From contig CAVSZJ010000008.1 of assembly GCA_963732445.1 (NCBI GenBank), positions 12,095-76,094 on the forward strand: 64,000 nucleotides of DNA, written 5' to 3'. Of this stretch, positions 1-10,693 are shown one piece after another. Under the pieces are notes generated by a model, which was given only the letters and a program-made list of their open reading frames with translations, had not been told where the DNA came from and did no database searches. This DNA is from Vicinamibacterales bacterium (GTDB lineage: Bacteria > Acidobacteriota > Vicinamibacteria > Vicinamibacterales > JAMQPK01). Position 1 is the first letter of the stretch. Each line of letters begins with the position of its first letter. Position numbers and translations under genes: made by a program.

Positions 1-4
1 GGCC

Positions 5-1653
5 TCAGGCTTTCACGTCAAGGTGCGCGACTGTGTAAGAACGAGCTGGCAGCTTGAATGTCATCCGGCTCGCCAGCCGCGGGCGGAGTCGAACGGCTGC
101 GGCGCGACGCGCCGAGGCTCGTCGAACGTGTTGAACGCTTTGAGGTCTGGACCGGTGATCGTTTCGCACGTCAGCACGCGCGCCGGGGTGACATCGTCCC
201 ATTCGAGCACCACCTCGCGTTCGGCGTCCAGATCGCGATTGAGCATCAGCACGCACGCCTGGCGGTTCTTCTCATCGTGCGTGGCGACGATGTCAACAAA
301 CGGAACGTCGCTATTGCGGGCAAAGTCGGCCTGCAGTCCGGCCGCTCTGATCGGATACGTCTCCGACTCGACGCGGAAATCGAGCACGCGGCCGCGGGCG
401 TAACGAAGCGCCCACGCGTACGGGAAGTAGGTGCTCTGCCGCAGCACGCCGGTCGAATTGGTCACAAGCGGCGCGATCACGTTCACCAACTGCGCGAGGC
501 AACCGACGTGCACGCGGTCCGAGTTGCGGAGGAGCGTATTGATGAGACCGCCGACGAGCAGCGCGTCCTCGAGGTTGTAGACCTCCTCGAGCAGCTTCGG
601 GGCCTGCGTGCGGCGCCCGTCTGTTGCGTCCCTGCCGCGCGCGCGATACCACACGTTCCACTCGTCGAACGACAACCACAGCCGCTTGCTCGAGCGCTTC
701 AAGCCCTGCACGTAGTCACACACGGCCGCGGTCTCATGAATGTGGCGATCCATGTCGAGATTCATCGCCAGGTACCGAGCGGCGCTGTTGCCGGTTAATG
801 GAGCCGTGTTGCCGTAGTAGGCGTGGAGCGAGATGCCGTCCACCTGGTCGTAGCACTCTTCGAGCACTTCGCGATCCCAGACCAGATACGTCGGCATGAA
901 GGTGCCGCTCGATCCGCACGCGAGCAGCTTCAGATCGCGATCGATGACTCGCATTTGCTGCGCCACGTCGCGCGCCTTGCGGCCATACTCCCGCGCCTGC
1001 ATCTGCCCGATCTGCCATGGGCCGTCCATCTCGTTGCCGAGACACCAGTAGCGCACGTTGTGCGGCTGGGCGTAGCCGTGCGCACGCCGCAGATCGCTCC
1101 ACTTCGTGCCGCGTTCGACGTTGCAGTACTCAACGTAGGCGACTGCCATTTCGGACGTGCCAGTGCCGAAGTTGAGCCCGAGCAGAGGCTCGGTGCCGAC
1201 GATCCGGCACCAGTCGATGAACTCGTTCGTGCCGAACTGGTTCGTCTCGATCGAATTCCAGGCCCGCTCGAGCACGACGGGACGATTGGCGTGGGGCCCG
1301 ACACCATCGAGCCAGTTGTACCCGGAGACGAAGTTGCCGCCGGGATAGCGGACGACGGGCACGCCGAGCTCCTTGACCTCGCGCGCCACGTCGGTGCGAA
1401 ATCCTTTCGCATCAGCGAGGGGCGACCCGGGCTCGAACACTCCGGTATAGACGGCGCGGCCGAGATGCTCCAGAAATGCGCCCAGCACCCGGCGATCGAA
1501 GTCGGCGCGTGTCGGCGATCGCCGGAGGAACACGCGCGCCGGCCCGCGAGGCGTCTGCGCGTATCCGCTCAAACCGGGCCACTGACCGGCGGCAAGCGTT
1601 GCACCCGTCGTGCCGAGGCCGGAGAGGAATTCGCGTCGATTGAAAGGGCTCAT
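5..1653 (-). CDS. abfA: Alpha-L-arabinofuranosidase, GH51, Tat-exported (frameshift near 3' end)
   Basis: NRREFL Tat motif; GH51 motifs FLEHLGRAVY, RYPGGNFVSGYNW, WCLGNEMDGPWQ, FDEWNVW. The C-terminus (FKLPARSYTVAHL) continues in ORF 5..256. Confidence 0.9.
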
Positions 1654-1711
1654 GTCGGTGATGCGGACCCGAAACGCGGAGGATAACAGCAGGACCGAGG
1701 AATTTGGAATA

Positions 1712-2218
1712 TTAGTTCGTTGTTTTTGAACCAGGAGGAAACTTCCTGAACATCTTGGTCACCGCTTTGTTCACCCTGTCTCCATTTTTCCGCGAATTGT
1801 CGGAAAACGTTTTGCTGGCGGTGCCTCTCCAAATCACCATCTTCGTCCGGGCATCGAACACATCGACCACCAGCGTCCCCACCTGACGGCGGCTTCCCGT
1901 TGCGGTGTCCGGATCAATACCTCCCAACCAGCTCCAGCCACCGCCGCGCCAGCCGCCGCCGTTGTAGAACGTGTCGCGCGTGAGCTCTTCGGTGGCAGCG
2001 TGCGCTGCGATCGCGAGATCCGCGTCGCTCGTGGCGAGCTTCAGTCCCCGAACCGCCAGGGCGCGGTTGACACCCTCCACAATTCGATGCCGTATGTGCG
2101 GATTCGTGGTGATGGGTTCCCTGATCCACATGAATGTCGCGAATTGCGTGAAGTCGGTGCTGTTGTCGAAATCTGTCTTCACACGCTGCGCGAACGTCGA
2201 ATTGTCGGCCAACATCAT
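1712..2218 (-). CDS. DUF4136-family protein, 5' end possibly truncated
   Basis: AQRVKTDFD...DFTQFATFMW, Gly/Trp-rich middle, GTLVVDVFDARTKMVIWRGTA, KAVTKMFRKFPP. Confidence 0.7.
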   Translation of the reverse strand: MMLADNSTFAQRVKTDFDNSTDFTQFATFMWIREPITTNPHIRHRIVEGVNRALAVRGLKLATSDADLAIAAHAATEELTRDTFYNGGGWRGGGWSWLGGIDPDTATGSRRQVGTLVVDVFDARTKMVIWRGTASKTFSDNSRKNGDRVNKAVTKMFRKFPPGSKTTN

Positions 2219-2245
2219 CGCTCCCGCATCAGGCCCCACCTGCCA

Positions 2246-2602
2246 GTAACAAACCCACTCGATCGATTTGCAATTCGAAACGGCCGCGTGCCCGAACTGG
2301 CGTTTGATAACGCCGCCGTTCGCCTCCAGATCGTGCAACAGCAGCCCGAGTATCAGATCGAGTGGGCACCCTTCGACAACAACGCAGGGACCATCGGCGC
2401 GATTCGGGCAACCCTGAACACGCTGGAATCACACGTGGAAATTCCGCCCGACGTGTGGGGACCGCCGGATGTCGCCGGGTTCCGCTACGCGGTGGCGACA
2501 ATTTCAACGATTCAGCGAGCGTTTCCGCACTGGATCAAGCCGGTGATCGTCACGATTCGGAATCAGAAGGGTCTGGTTGATGTGGTCGGTATCGACCGAT
2601 AG
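2246..2602 (+). pseudogene. Probable C-terminal fragment of a larger hypothetical protein
   Basis: Protein-like frame TNPLDRFAIR...LAFDNAAV...YQIEWAPFDN...VVGIDR with no convincing start; upstream the same frame is simply antisense to the DUF4136 gene. Confidence 0.45.
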
Positions 2603-2788
2603 ATCATCCTTCCAGATCTGGTCACCCACGACCGTCGCTGACTCAGACCTTCGCGATCGAGCCTCCTCGTCGCATCACGTCTGTTCGCAAACGGCGGTCG
2701 TCACAACTTGTCTCACTTGCCGAATGAGAGGGGTTACTATACTCCTGCGGTTTACCAGAAAATCGACAATCGAGCGGCGGCAACGACT

Positions 2789-3934
2789 ATGACGAAACCC
2801 TTTTGGATTGGGATCATATCGGTAGCGGTTGTAGTGTCGGCGTCGGCCCAGACCCATCCCTCGCACCAAATCACCAACGGCGAAATCACTGCGACGGTCT
2901 ACCTGCCCGACGCGAAGCGCGGCTTCTACACGACGACGCGATTCGACTGGTCGGGAGCCATCGGCAGCCTCAAGTACAAGGGGCACGACTATTACGGAAC
3001 GTGGTGGTCGAAAATCACCGACATCTACGACTTTGGATACGAGGGGCCGAACAAGGACGTCATCTCTGCCGATTTCACGGCGATGGTGGGGCCAGCCGAA
3101 GAGTTCGGGGCGCTCGGCTACAACGACGTGCCGGCCGGTGGTTTATTCGTCAAGCCCGGCGTCGGCGTCCTGAAGCGCGACGAGATGAATTACAACCACT
3201 CTCGTCCTTACGTGATCGCCAATGGCGGGAAATGGGACGTCAAACCCTCGCGTGATTCGGTGGAATTCATCCACACGCTCAGCGAACCCTCTATTAATTT
3301 CGGCTACGTCTATACGAAGGTTGTCCGGCTGACGCCTGGCAAGCCGCAAATGACGATCTCACACGTGATGAAGAACACGGGCTCGAAGCCCATCGTCACG
3401 AACGTTTATAACCACAACTTCACGACCATCGACAAGCAGCCGACCGGGCCGGACGTCGAGATCACCGTGCCGTGGCAGATGACGCGTGCCGCCGGCCGAG
3501 GTGCTGGTCCGGCCAGGCAGGGCGGGGTTCCCGGAACGACGGCGGCACCCGCCCGCACGGGTCAGCCGCCGGTCGATCCGTACGCCCCGCTTGCAGCGGG
3601 CGAACGCATGGGCACGCAATGCGCCCAGGCGCAGATGCGGTCGCTCGCCGATCCGCAAGGCAACAAACTGACGTACTCGAAGGTGCTCGAAGGCGCCGAG
3701 TGTTATTCCGCCAGCTTCACCGGGTTTGGCGCCGAAGCGAAGGACAACGACATCCGCATCGAGAACACGAGAGTGGGCGCGGGCGTGCGCATCACGGGAG
3801 ATCGGCCGTTGACGCGACTCGGGTACTGGTCGATCCGGACGGTCCTTGCACCGGAACCCTACATCGACCTCAACATCGAGCCCGGCCAGCAGTTCACTTG
3901 GACGTACACGTATGACTACTACACAACGAAGTAG
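2789..3934 (+). CDS. Secreted hypothetical protein, possibly galactose-mutarotase-like fold
   Basis: Signal peptide MTKPFWIGIISVAVVVSASAQ; TRFDWSG, GPAEEF, YNHNF, PEPY motifs; Gly/Pro/Ala-rich insert. Confidence 0.75.
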   Translation: MTKPFWIGIISVAVVVSASAQTHPSHQITNGEITATVYLPDAKRGFYTTTRFDWSGAIGSLKYKGHDYYGTWWSKITDIYDFGYEGPNKDVISADFTAMVGPAEEFGALGYNDVPAGGLFVKPGVGVLKRDEMNYNHSRPYVIANGGKWDVKPSRDSVEFIHTLSEPSINFGYVYTKVVRLTPGKPQMTISHVMKNTGSKPIVTNVYNHNFTTIDKQPTGPDVEITVPWQMTRAAGRGAGPARQGGVPGTTAAPARTGQPPVDPYAPLAAGERMGTQCAQAQMRSLADPQGNKLTYSKVLEGAECYSASFTGFGAEAKDNDIRIENTRVGAGVRITGDRPLTRLGYWSIRTVLAPEPYIDLNIEPGQQFTWTYTYDYYTTK

Positions 3935-5870
3935 CCCCGCGTTGGCCGTGCTCGCGTTCGCGTCAGTGCTGGCGTACGCGACGAACGCTCTGGCGCAGTC
4001 GGAAAGTGCGGGCGTCAGTCAGTACTTCACCAACTGCGCGTCGTGCCACGAGAGCAACGATCCGGGGCACCAGGCGCCGAAGACGGCCGTACTCAAGCGG
4101 ATGACGCCGGAGCGGATTCTCGAGGTGATGACGACCGGCTCGATGCGCAACGCCGCGGCCGCTGTGAGCGATCAGGACAAGCGGCTCATCGCCGAATGGG
4201 TGGCCGGCCGCAAGCTCGATACCGATCTCGTCGGAGCGGCCGCGAAGATGCCGAACGTGTGCGCCAGTCATCCGCAGGTGCGCGAATCGAACGCGCCGGC
4301 GTGGAACGGCTGGGGCGTCGACTACCGCAACTCGCGGTTTCAACCCGGCACGGCTGCGGGACTGTCGCCCGGACAAGTCTCGCGACTGCAGCTGAAGTGG
4401 GCGTTCGGATTTCCCGGCGCGACGGCGTTGTACGGCCAGAGCGTCCATGACGGGCGGCTGTATGTCACGTCGAATGCCGGCTACGTGTACTCCCTCGACG
4501 CAGAAACCGGGTGTCTGCACTGGAGCTTTCGCGCGCAATCGTCCGTGCGCAGCGGGTTCAGCATCGGCCGGCTCAGCAAGGCGGATCCGCGACTGGCGAT
4601 CTTCTTCGGCGACATTCATGGCACCGCGTACGCGCTCTCGGCCACCACGGGCGAGGAGCTTTGGAAAACGCTCACCGATCCGCATCCGCTCGCGCGGATC
4701 ACCGGAACACCGGTGCTGTTCGAAGGAAAGCTCTACGTGCCCGTCGCATCGCTCGAGGAGCCGGAGTCGGGACAGGCCGACCACGCGTGCTGCACGTTCC
4801 GCGGCTACATGTCAGCGCTCGATGCGGCCACGGGCCGCGAGATCTGGAAGACGTACACGATTCCCGACGTCCCGAAAGTCGTCGGGAAGAACTCGCGCGG
4901 CAAAAACATGCTGGAGCCGGCCGGCGCCGGCATCTGGGCAACGCCGACGCTCGATGTCAAGCGGCGCGCGCTGTACGTCACGACCGGCAACGCGTTCTCG
5001 GGCACGCCGAAAACAGCCAACGCGGTCATGGCGATGAACATTGACACGGGCAAAGTGCTGTGGACGATGCAGGCGCTGGCGTTGGACACCTGGCACAACG
5101 GGTGTCCGCAGGTCATTCCCGGGGGAGCGTGGCCCGCACGCGGTGGCGGCGGCGGCGGCGGACGCGGCGGCCGCGCCGGAGGGCCAGCCATTCCGTATCC
5201 GCCGGAAAACTGCCCGGCGGTGCTGGGACCAGACTGGGACTTTGCGGCGCCTGCTGCGCTTGCGACAACAACCGACGGCCGCGACATTCTCATCGCGCCG
5301 CAGAAGCAAGGGCTTGTGTGGGCCGTGAATCCGGACAACGGCCAGGTACTGTGGAAGCAGGATGTGGCGCGCGAGATCGCCGGCGGGCGCGGCGAAACGC
5401 TCTTCGGCGGCGCGGTCGACAGCGAGAAGGCCTACTTCGGTTTGATCAGCAGCGCGCACCTCGCGCTCGATCTCAAGACCGGCGAGGAGGTGTGGTACGC
5501 GCCTCTGACGTCGCCCGAGGGGCGCCAGAACCAGCGCGGCGTCGTCGGCGCCGTCACGCTGATTCCCGGCGTGCTGCTGTCGGGTGCGCGCGACGGGATG
5601 ATTCGCGCGGCATCGTCGCGGACCGGTCAGTTGCTCTGGCAGTTCGACAGCGCGCAGGAGTTCACGACCGTCAATGGCGTCGCAGCCCGCGGCGGTTCGG
5701 CCGCCTCGGGCGGACCCGTCGTCGCGAACGGCATGGTGTTCATTGGCTCAGGATATCCGGGCTTCCAGGGTGGACAGCCCGGCAACGTCCTGCTCGCCTT
5801 TGCGCCGACGGTGCGGCTCGACGTGCACGCCGACGAGCTAAAGCGGAAGGCGGAAGGCCCCGCCAAATAG
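3912..5870 (+). CDS. Quinohemoprotein: N-terminal cytochrome c plus PQQ beta-propeller dehydrogenase (polyvinyl-alcohol dehydrogenase-like)
   Basis: Signal peptide, CASCH heme motif, LKWAFGFP, repeated ALDA.TG..W PQQ blades, CCTFRG, GPDWDF. Confidence 0.88.
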   Translation: MTTTQRSSPALAVLAFASVLAYATNALAQSESAGVSQYFTNCASCHESNDPGHQAPKTAVLKRMTPERILEVMTTGSMRNAAAAVSDQDKRLIAEWVAGRKLDTDLVGAAAKMPNVCASHPQVRESNAPAWNGWGVDYRNSRFQPGTAAGLSPGQVSRLQLKWAFGFPGATALYGQSVHDGRLYVTSNAGYVYSLDAETGCLHWSFRAQSSVRSGFSIGRLSKADPRLAIFFGDIHGTAYALSATTGEELWKTLTDPHPLARITGTPVLFEGKLYVPVASLEEPESGQADHACCTFRGYMSALDAATGREIWKTYTIPDVPKVVGKNSRGKNMLEPAGAGIWATPTLDVKRRALYVTTGNAFSGTPKTANAVMAMNIDTGKVLWTMQALALDTWHNGCPQVIPGGAWPARGGGGGGGRGGRAGGPAIPYPPENCPAVLGPDWDFAAPAALATTTDGRDILIAPQKQGLVWAVNPDNGQVLWKQDVAREIAGGRGETLFGGAVDSEKAYFGLISSAHLALDLKTGEEVWYAPLTSPEGRQNQRGVVGAVTLIPGVLLSGARDGMIRAASSRTGQLLWQFDSAQEFTTVNGVAARGGSAASGGPVVANGMVFIGSGYPGFQGGQPGNVLLAFAPTVRLDVHADELKRKAEGPAK

Positions 5871-5881
5871 CAACAATTGTG

Positions 5882-6394
5882 ATGACCACACTTCATAAGG
5901 TTGACGACCGGGCCCTCTTGATCAGCGTGCTCAATGGTGAGGGGGTCTATCTTGCTCCTGCCGGCATTCTCGACGGACTCACCCCAGATCGGGCGCACGC
6001 GAAGCCGCACGGCATCCCACATTCGATTGCCGAAATCGTTGCCCACATGTGTCACTGGCAGGAATGGTTCAATGATTGCGCCACCAGAGGATTCACCGGC
6101 ATCGCCAAACATGCAGTGGACGGTTGGCCGGACGTTCCAGCCGATGGCTGGGACGCTGTGCGCACACGCTATCTGCACGCGCTCGAAGAGGCGAAGCGAA
6201 TCGCTGCGGAATCGGACTCACTTGGTGATCCTTTGCTGCCGCCACACGTCCAGATTCCCAGCCTCGCGAAGGAGTCTCGCGGCTCTGGCATTTTGCAGGC
6301 GGCAATGCACAGCGGCCATCATCTGGGCCAGATCATCACGATGCGACGATTGATGGGCCTCTGGCCGCCGCCCGGCGGGTCAATCACGTGGTAG
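5882..6394 (+). CDS. DinB-family protein
   Basis: HSIAEIVAHM and HSGHHLGQI metal-binding motifs. Confidence 0.85.
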   Translation: MTTLHKVDDRALLISVLNGEGVYLAPAGILDGLTPDRAHAKPHGIPHSIAEIVAHMCHWQEWFNDCATRGFTGIAKHAVDGWPDVPADGWDAVRTRYLHALEEAKRIAAESDSLGDPLLPPHVQIPSLAKESRGSGILQAAMHSGHHLGQIITMRRLMGLWPPPGGSITW

Positions 6395-6548
6395 AGACGT
6401 AGCACTCGACCCGGTCCGGACCGAGCACGAGACCTCTCGATGAACTCGGCGCTCCGCGCCACACTTTCGCACACTATAATGACGTGTTCCCTAAGTCATG
6501 GCCTTGACGCCCGCTACGCCAGCGCCGGCGCGGTATCGGAAGCACATC

Positions 6549-8864
6549 GTGAGTCATCGAACATCAGGCTTGAAGAGCCAAACACAGTTTCGCGTCACCT
6601 TGTTGACGGCAGTGACCTGCCTCATTGCTCCGGCCCTCCTCGTGCCGGCCTTGGGCCCCGCGCACTTGGGCGCCGAAGCGCAAAGTGCGAAGGCGGCGCA
6701 GCCGCAACAACAACCGACATTCAAAGTCAGCGTCAACGTCGTCGACGTCGACGTGACGGTCAAGCGACGCACAGGGCAATTTCGTCACTGGCCTCGACGC
6801 CGACGACTTCGAGGTGTTCGAAGACGGCAAGCCGCAGAACGATTCAGACGTTCTCGTACATCGAGCTGCCAGTCGAGCGCCAGGAGCGGTTCCGCTTCGG
6901 CGGGCGGCCCGTCCCGGCCGACGTGCGCTCGAATCGCGACGTCGCGTCGGGCCGCGTCTACATCATCGTCCTCGACGACCTGAACGTCGCACCGCTGCGC
7001 ACGGGGATCGTGCGCAGGCACGCGCGCGACTTCATCGAACAGCATCTTCGGCCCGAACGATCTGGCCGCCGTCGTCGTGACGAGCGGACGCAAGGATGCG
7101 GCGCAGGAGTTCACCAACGACCCCGCCCTGCTGCTGCGGGCGGTCGACGGCTTCGTCGGACAGCGCCTGCAGTCGGCCGAAATGCAGCGCATCGACGACT
7201 ACTACCAGTCGCTCGCGCTGTCCGGACTCGACACGCGCGAAAATACGGGCAAGGACCCGCAGGACGAAGCGGTCGTGCCGAATCTGCTCACGCGGATGCA
7301 GTCGTTCGATCCGTCGAATCTCGAGCGCGGTCAGCGGGCCGTCGGCGTGCTCAACACGCTTCGCAGCCTCTCGGAATATCTCGAGGGCGTCCGGGGACGC
7401 CGCAAGGCTCTGCTGTGGTTCAGCGAAGGCATCGACTATCCGATGGCCGAGGTCGTTCAGCTCGCAGAGCGGGCAACGAGATCATCGTACGCCACGCGCG
7501 ACGCCATCAACGCCGCCGCGCGCGCCAACGTGAACGTGTTCGCGCTCGATCCGCGCGGGCTGATCGGCATGACCACCGACTTCGTCGACAACATGCGGGC
7601 CGGCGCGCCCGACGTGATGGGCACCGACCGGAACAGGCCGGTCGGCACACCCGCCAGCGGAACCCAGGCGCTGCTCGGCGAAATGCGGCTGACGCAGGAC
7701 AGCCTGCGCACGCTCGCGGACGGCACCGGCGGCTTCGCCGCCGTCGACACGAACTCGTTCGCGGAAGCGTACAGCCGCATCATCGACGCCAACAGCCGCT
7801 ACTACCTGCTCGGCTACGCGCCGCCGGCACATCCGCGCGACGGACGCTTCCATCGCATCGAAGTGAGGGTGAAGCGGCCGGGCCTCATCGCGACGCGCGC
7901 CGCGGATACCCGTCTCCGAGCGGCAAGACCACCGCGGAGCGAAAACAGGAAGCGCTCGAGCGCTGGACGCGCGAGCGGCGCGGCGGCGGCGCGGGTGACA
8001 CGTCTCCGGAGCTTCGCGCGGCGCTGAACAACCCCGTGCAGCAGCCGGGCCTGACGCTTGCGGTGCACGCGGCGCCATTCAAGGGCACGGCCAAAGAGGC
8101 GTCGGTCGCGCTCACGATCGAGCTGCAGGGCGCGGAGCTGGAGTTCGCACCGCAGCCGAATGGCCTGCTCGGCGGACACGATCGAGGTGTCGTTCTTCGC
8201 ACTCAACGATGACGGGCGCGCGCAGCGCGGCACGCGCTCGGCATTGAATCTGGCGATACGGCCCGACACCTATCAGCGCGTGAAGACGCTCGGCGTCCGG
8301 CTCAATTCGCGAACGGCGATGGCGCCGGGCCGTTATCAGATGCGTATCGGCGCGCGCAATCCGAACACGGGCAAAGCCGGCACGGTCTTCTACGACATCA
8401 CGGTTCCCGACTTCACGCAGAGAACCGGTGACGATGAGCGGACTGCTGCTCGCCGCGACTGGACGGGCCCGAGGTGCTGACGCCGCAGCGCGATCCGGTC
8501 GCCGAAAAGCTGCTCGGCGCGCCCGCGACCACCCGCCGCGAGTTCAGCCAGTCCGAGACGCTGGCGTGGCTGACAGAGATCTACGACAACACACCAGCCG
8601 GCCAGACGAAGCGGATCGATGTTCGCGCGACGGCTGATCGCCGAAAGCGGTCAGCGAGGCGTTCGCGTCGCGCGACGTGCTGGCCAACGGCGAGGCGGCG
8701 GCACCCCGAAATGGACAACATTCGCCTACACTGGCCGCATTCCGTTGAAGGATGTTGCGCCCGGCCGATATCTGCTGACAATCGAATCGCACGACCGCAG
8801 TGCGAAACCGGAACAGGCGGCCGTCGCACAAACGACCGTCGTGATCAATCCTTCAACGAGGTGA
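6549..8864 (+). CDS. Acidobacterial VWFA-related domain protein (several frameshifts)
   Basis: QQPTFKVSVNVVDVDVTV, DFEVFEDGKPQ, IIVLDDL, RKALLWFSEGID, LADGTGG, YYLLGY, DGRFHRIEVRV pieced together across frames. Confidence 0.85.
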
Positions 8865-8867
8865 GAG

Positions 8868-9872
8868 ATGAAGAAGTACGTCTGCGCCCTGCTGCTTCTG
8901 CGTCGTCGGCGTCGCGCTCGAGGGTCAGGGCGGGCGGGGAACGGCGCCTCCGCGGCCGAACATGCTCGACGATAGCGATGTCACGCTGAGACCGCCATTC
9001 TCGAACTCGCCCGATCTCATGCCGAATCCGAACGCGCCGCAGGGGCGCATCCACCGTTTCACGATGAAGTCGGAGGACAGCAAGATTTACAAAGGCATCT
9101 CGCGCGATAAACCGGGCGAGGTCGTGCCCGTACGAGCGGCCGGTCGCCGTCTACATTCCCGCGCAGTACGTCGCCGGCACCGCCGGCGCCGTTCATCGTC
9201 GTGCAGGATGGCTACAACCCGAAGTATCACTACTCCGTTCCGACCGCGCTCGACAATCTGATCCACCAGAAAAAGGTGCCGGTCATGCTCGCCGTGCTCG
9301 TCCAGCACGGCGGCGGCGACGGTCCCGGCAGCCAGCGCGGCATGGAATACGACACGGTCTCGGACAAGTACACGATGTTCATCGAGACCGAGGTGCTGCC
9401 GCGAATCGAGCGCGACTACAAGGTGCGCTTCACGAAGGATCCGGAAGGGCGCGCGACGATGGGCGGAAGCTCGGGCGCGGCGGCCGCGCTGACGATGGCC
9501 TGGTTCCATCCGGAGCTGTATCGGAGAGTGCTGAGCTATTCAGGCACGTTCGTCGATCAGGCGCGCGGCTCGAATCCAGAATATCCGTTCGGCGCGTGGG
9601 AATATCACTCCACGCTGATTCCGAACAGCGAGCGCAAGCCGCTGCGCATCTGGTTCCACGTCAGCGAGCTCGACAACGGCGCCACGCGCGAGGAATCGAC
9701 GCACGGCAACTGGGTGCTGGCGAACCAGCGCATGTCGGCCGCTCTGAAGGCGAAGGGCTATCCGCACAAGTATGTGTACGCGGAAGGCGCGCGGCACACC
9801 GATGCGAATGTGGTGTTCCAGACGCTGCCTGATGCGCTGACATGGTTGTGGCAGGGTTATGCAGTGAAATGA
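8868..9872 (+). CDS. Secreted enterochelin-esterase-like alpha/beta hydrolase (frameshifts in 5' part)
   Basis: VQDG, GSQRGMEYD, GGSSG nucleophile elbow, GNWVLANQRM. Confidence 0.85.
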
Positions 9873-9935
9873 TTCAGTATTGATAGATTGGAAGATTGGT
9901 AGATTATGGCAGGAACCGCAGCGAAGGAGGTCAGT

Positions 9936-10437
9936 ATGAAACTCTTGCTGTCGATCGTCTGCGTCGTCGCGCTTTGTTCCGTGTGTTCTCGGCGCACAAA
10001 GTCGTCCTGACTTTTCGGGGACGTGGTCGATGGATTTGACGCGCAGCGAGGCCGCGGCTCAAGGAACACCCATCGGACCGGTGACGGTCGCGATACGTCA
10101 AACGCCGGGAGAGGTGCGTATTGAGACAACACGCAACGGGCGCACCGAAGCCGTCAGGTATCTGCCGGCTTCCGCAAAAGCGGTATCCGCTGGAGAAACG
10201 CTCGGGTCGTTCCGCTGGGACGGGCCGAAGCTGATCACACGGCTCGTCACCGACATCAACAAGCAGGCGATCACCGTAGAGGAGGTGCGCAGCCTCGATG
10301 CCTCTGGGCGCGAAATGACCGTCGAGCTCACGCTTGTCGTCGAGCACGGGTATCAGTCGGGAGGGACCGGCGTCGTGCGGTCACAGAACTCCCCCAATAC
10401 GTCGAAGGGGATCAACGTGTTCGTGAAAACGCCCTAG
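9936..10437 (+). CDS. Secreted hypothetical beta-rich protein (frameshift near 5' end)
   Basis: AGGAGG Shine-Dalgarno, hydrophobic N-terminus, PDFSGTW-like motif joining ORF 10030..10437. Confidence 0.7.
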
Positions 10438-10444
10438 AGCCGCT

Positions 10445-10566
10445 CTAGAAACCCATCCGCAGACCCAGGCGCACCGTAATGCGCTGGCGTCATCCACCCC
10501 TCGTGAGCTCGCCGACTGGAAGCCGGTCACCGCCACGTCAACCTGGCGGCTTTCACGTTTCCTCCT
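10445..10566 (-). pseudogene. Collapsed remnant of a third TonB-dependent receptor paralog
   Basis: AGGAGG plus GTG start at 10556; QVDVAVTGFQSASSRGV (14/17 identical to 24502..24552); terminal VRLGLRMGF* identical to 21300..21329. Confidence 0.85.
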
Positions 10567-10626
10567 GTTTTCGGTTAGAAAGTCGAAGCACGGTGGGGTA
10601 CGTGGCGAGTGTCAACCCATTGTATA

Positions 10627-10655
10627 TGGACGGGCGTTAGTCCCTCGCCCGTCCA
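10627..10655 (-). terminator. Hairpin downstream of the DUF1552 gene
   Basis: TGGACGGGCG-9 nt-CGCCCGTCCA perfect 10-bp stem; no clear U-tract. Confidence 0.5.
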
Positions 10656-10693
10656 CACACATTCGATGTTAGAGGTGCGGCCCGATTCAGTTC

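Noticed and set aside
2717-2743. TTGCCG...TATACT promoter upstream of 2789
   Set aside because: The spacer is only 15 nt as assembled; plausible if bases are missing but not supportable.
5060-5881. Long N-terminal extension of the DinB ORF (444 aa)
   Set aside because: Arg-rich alternate frame of the PQQ dehydrogenase; the DinB start is 5882.
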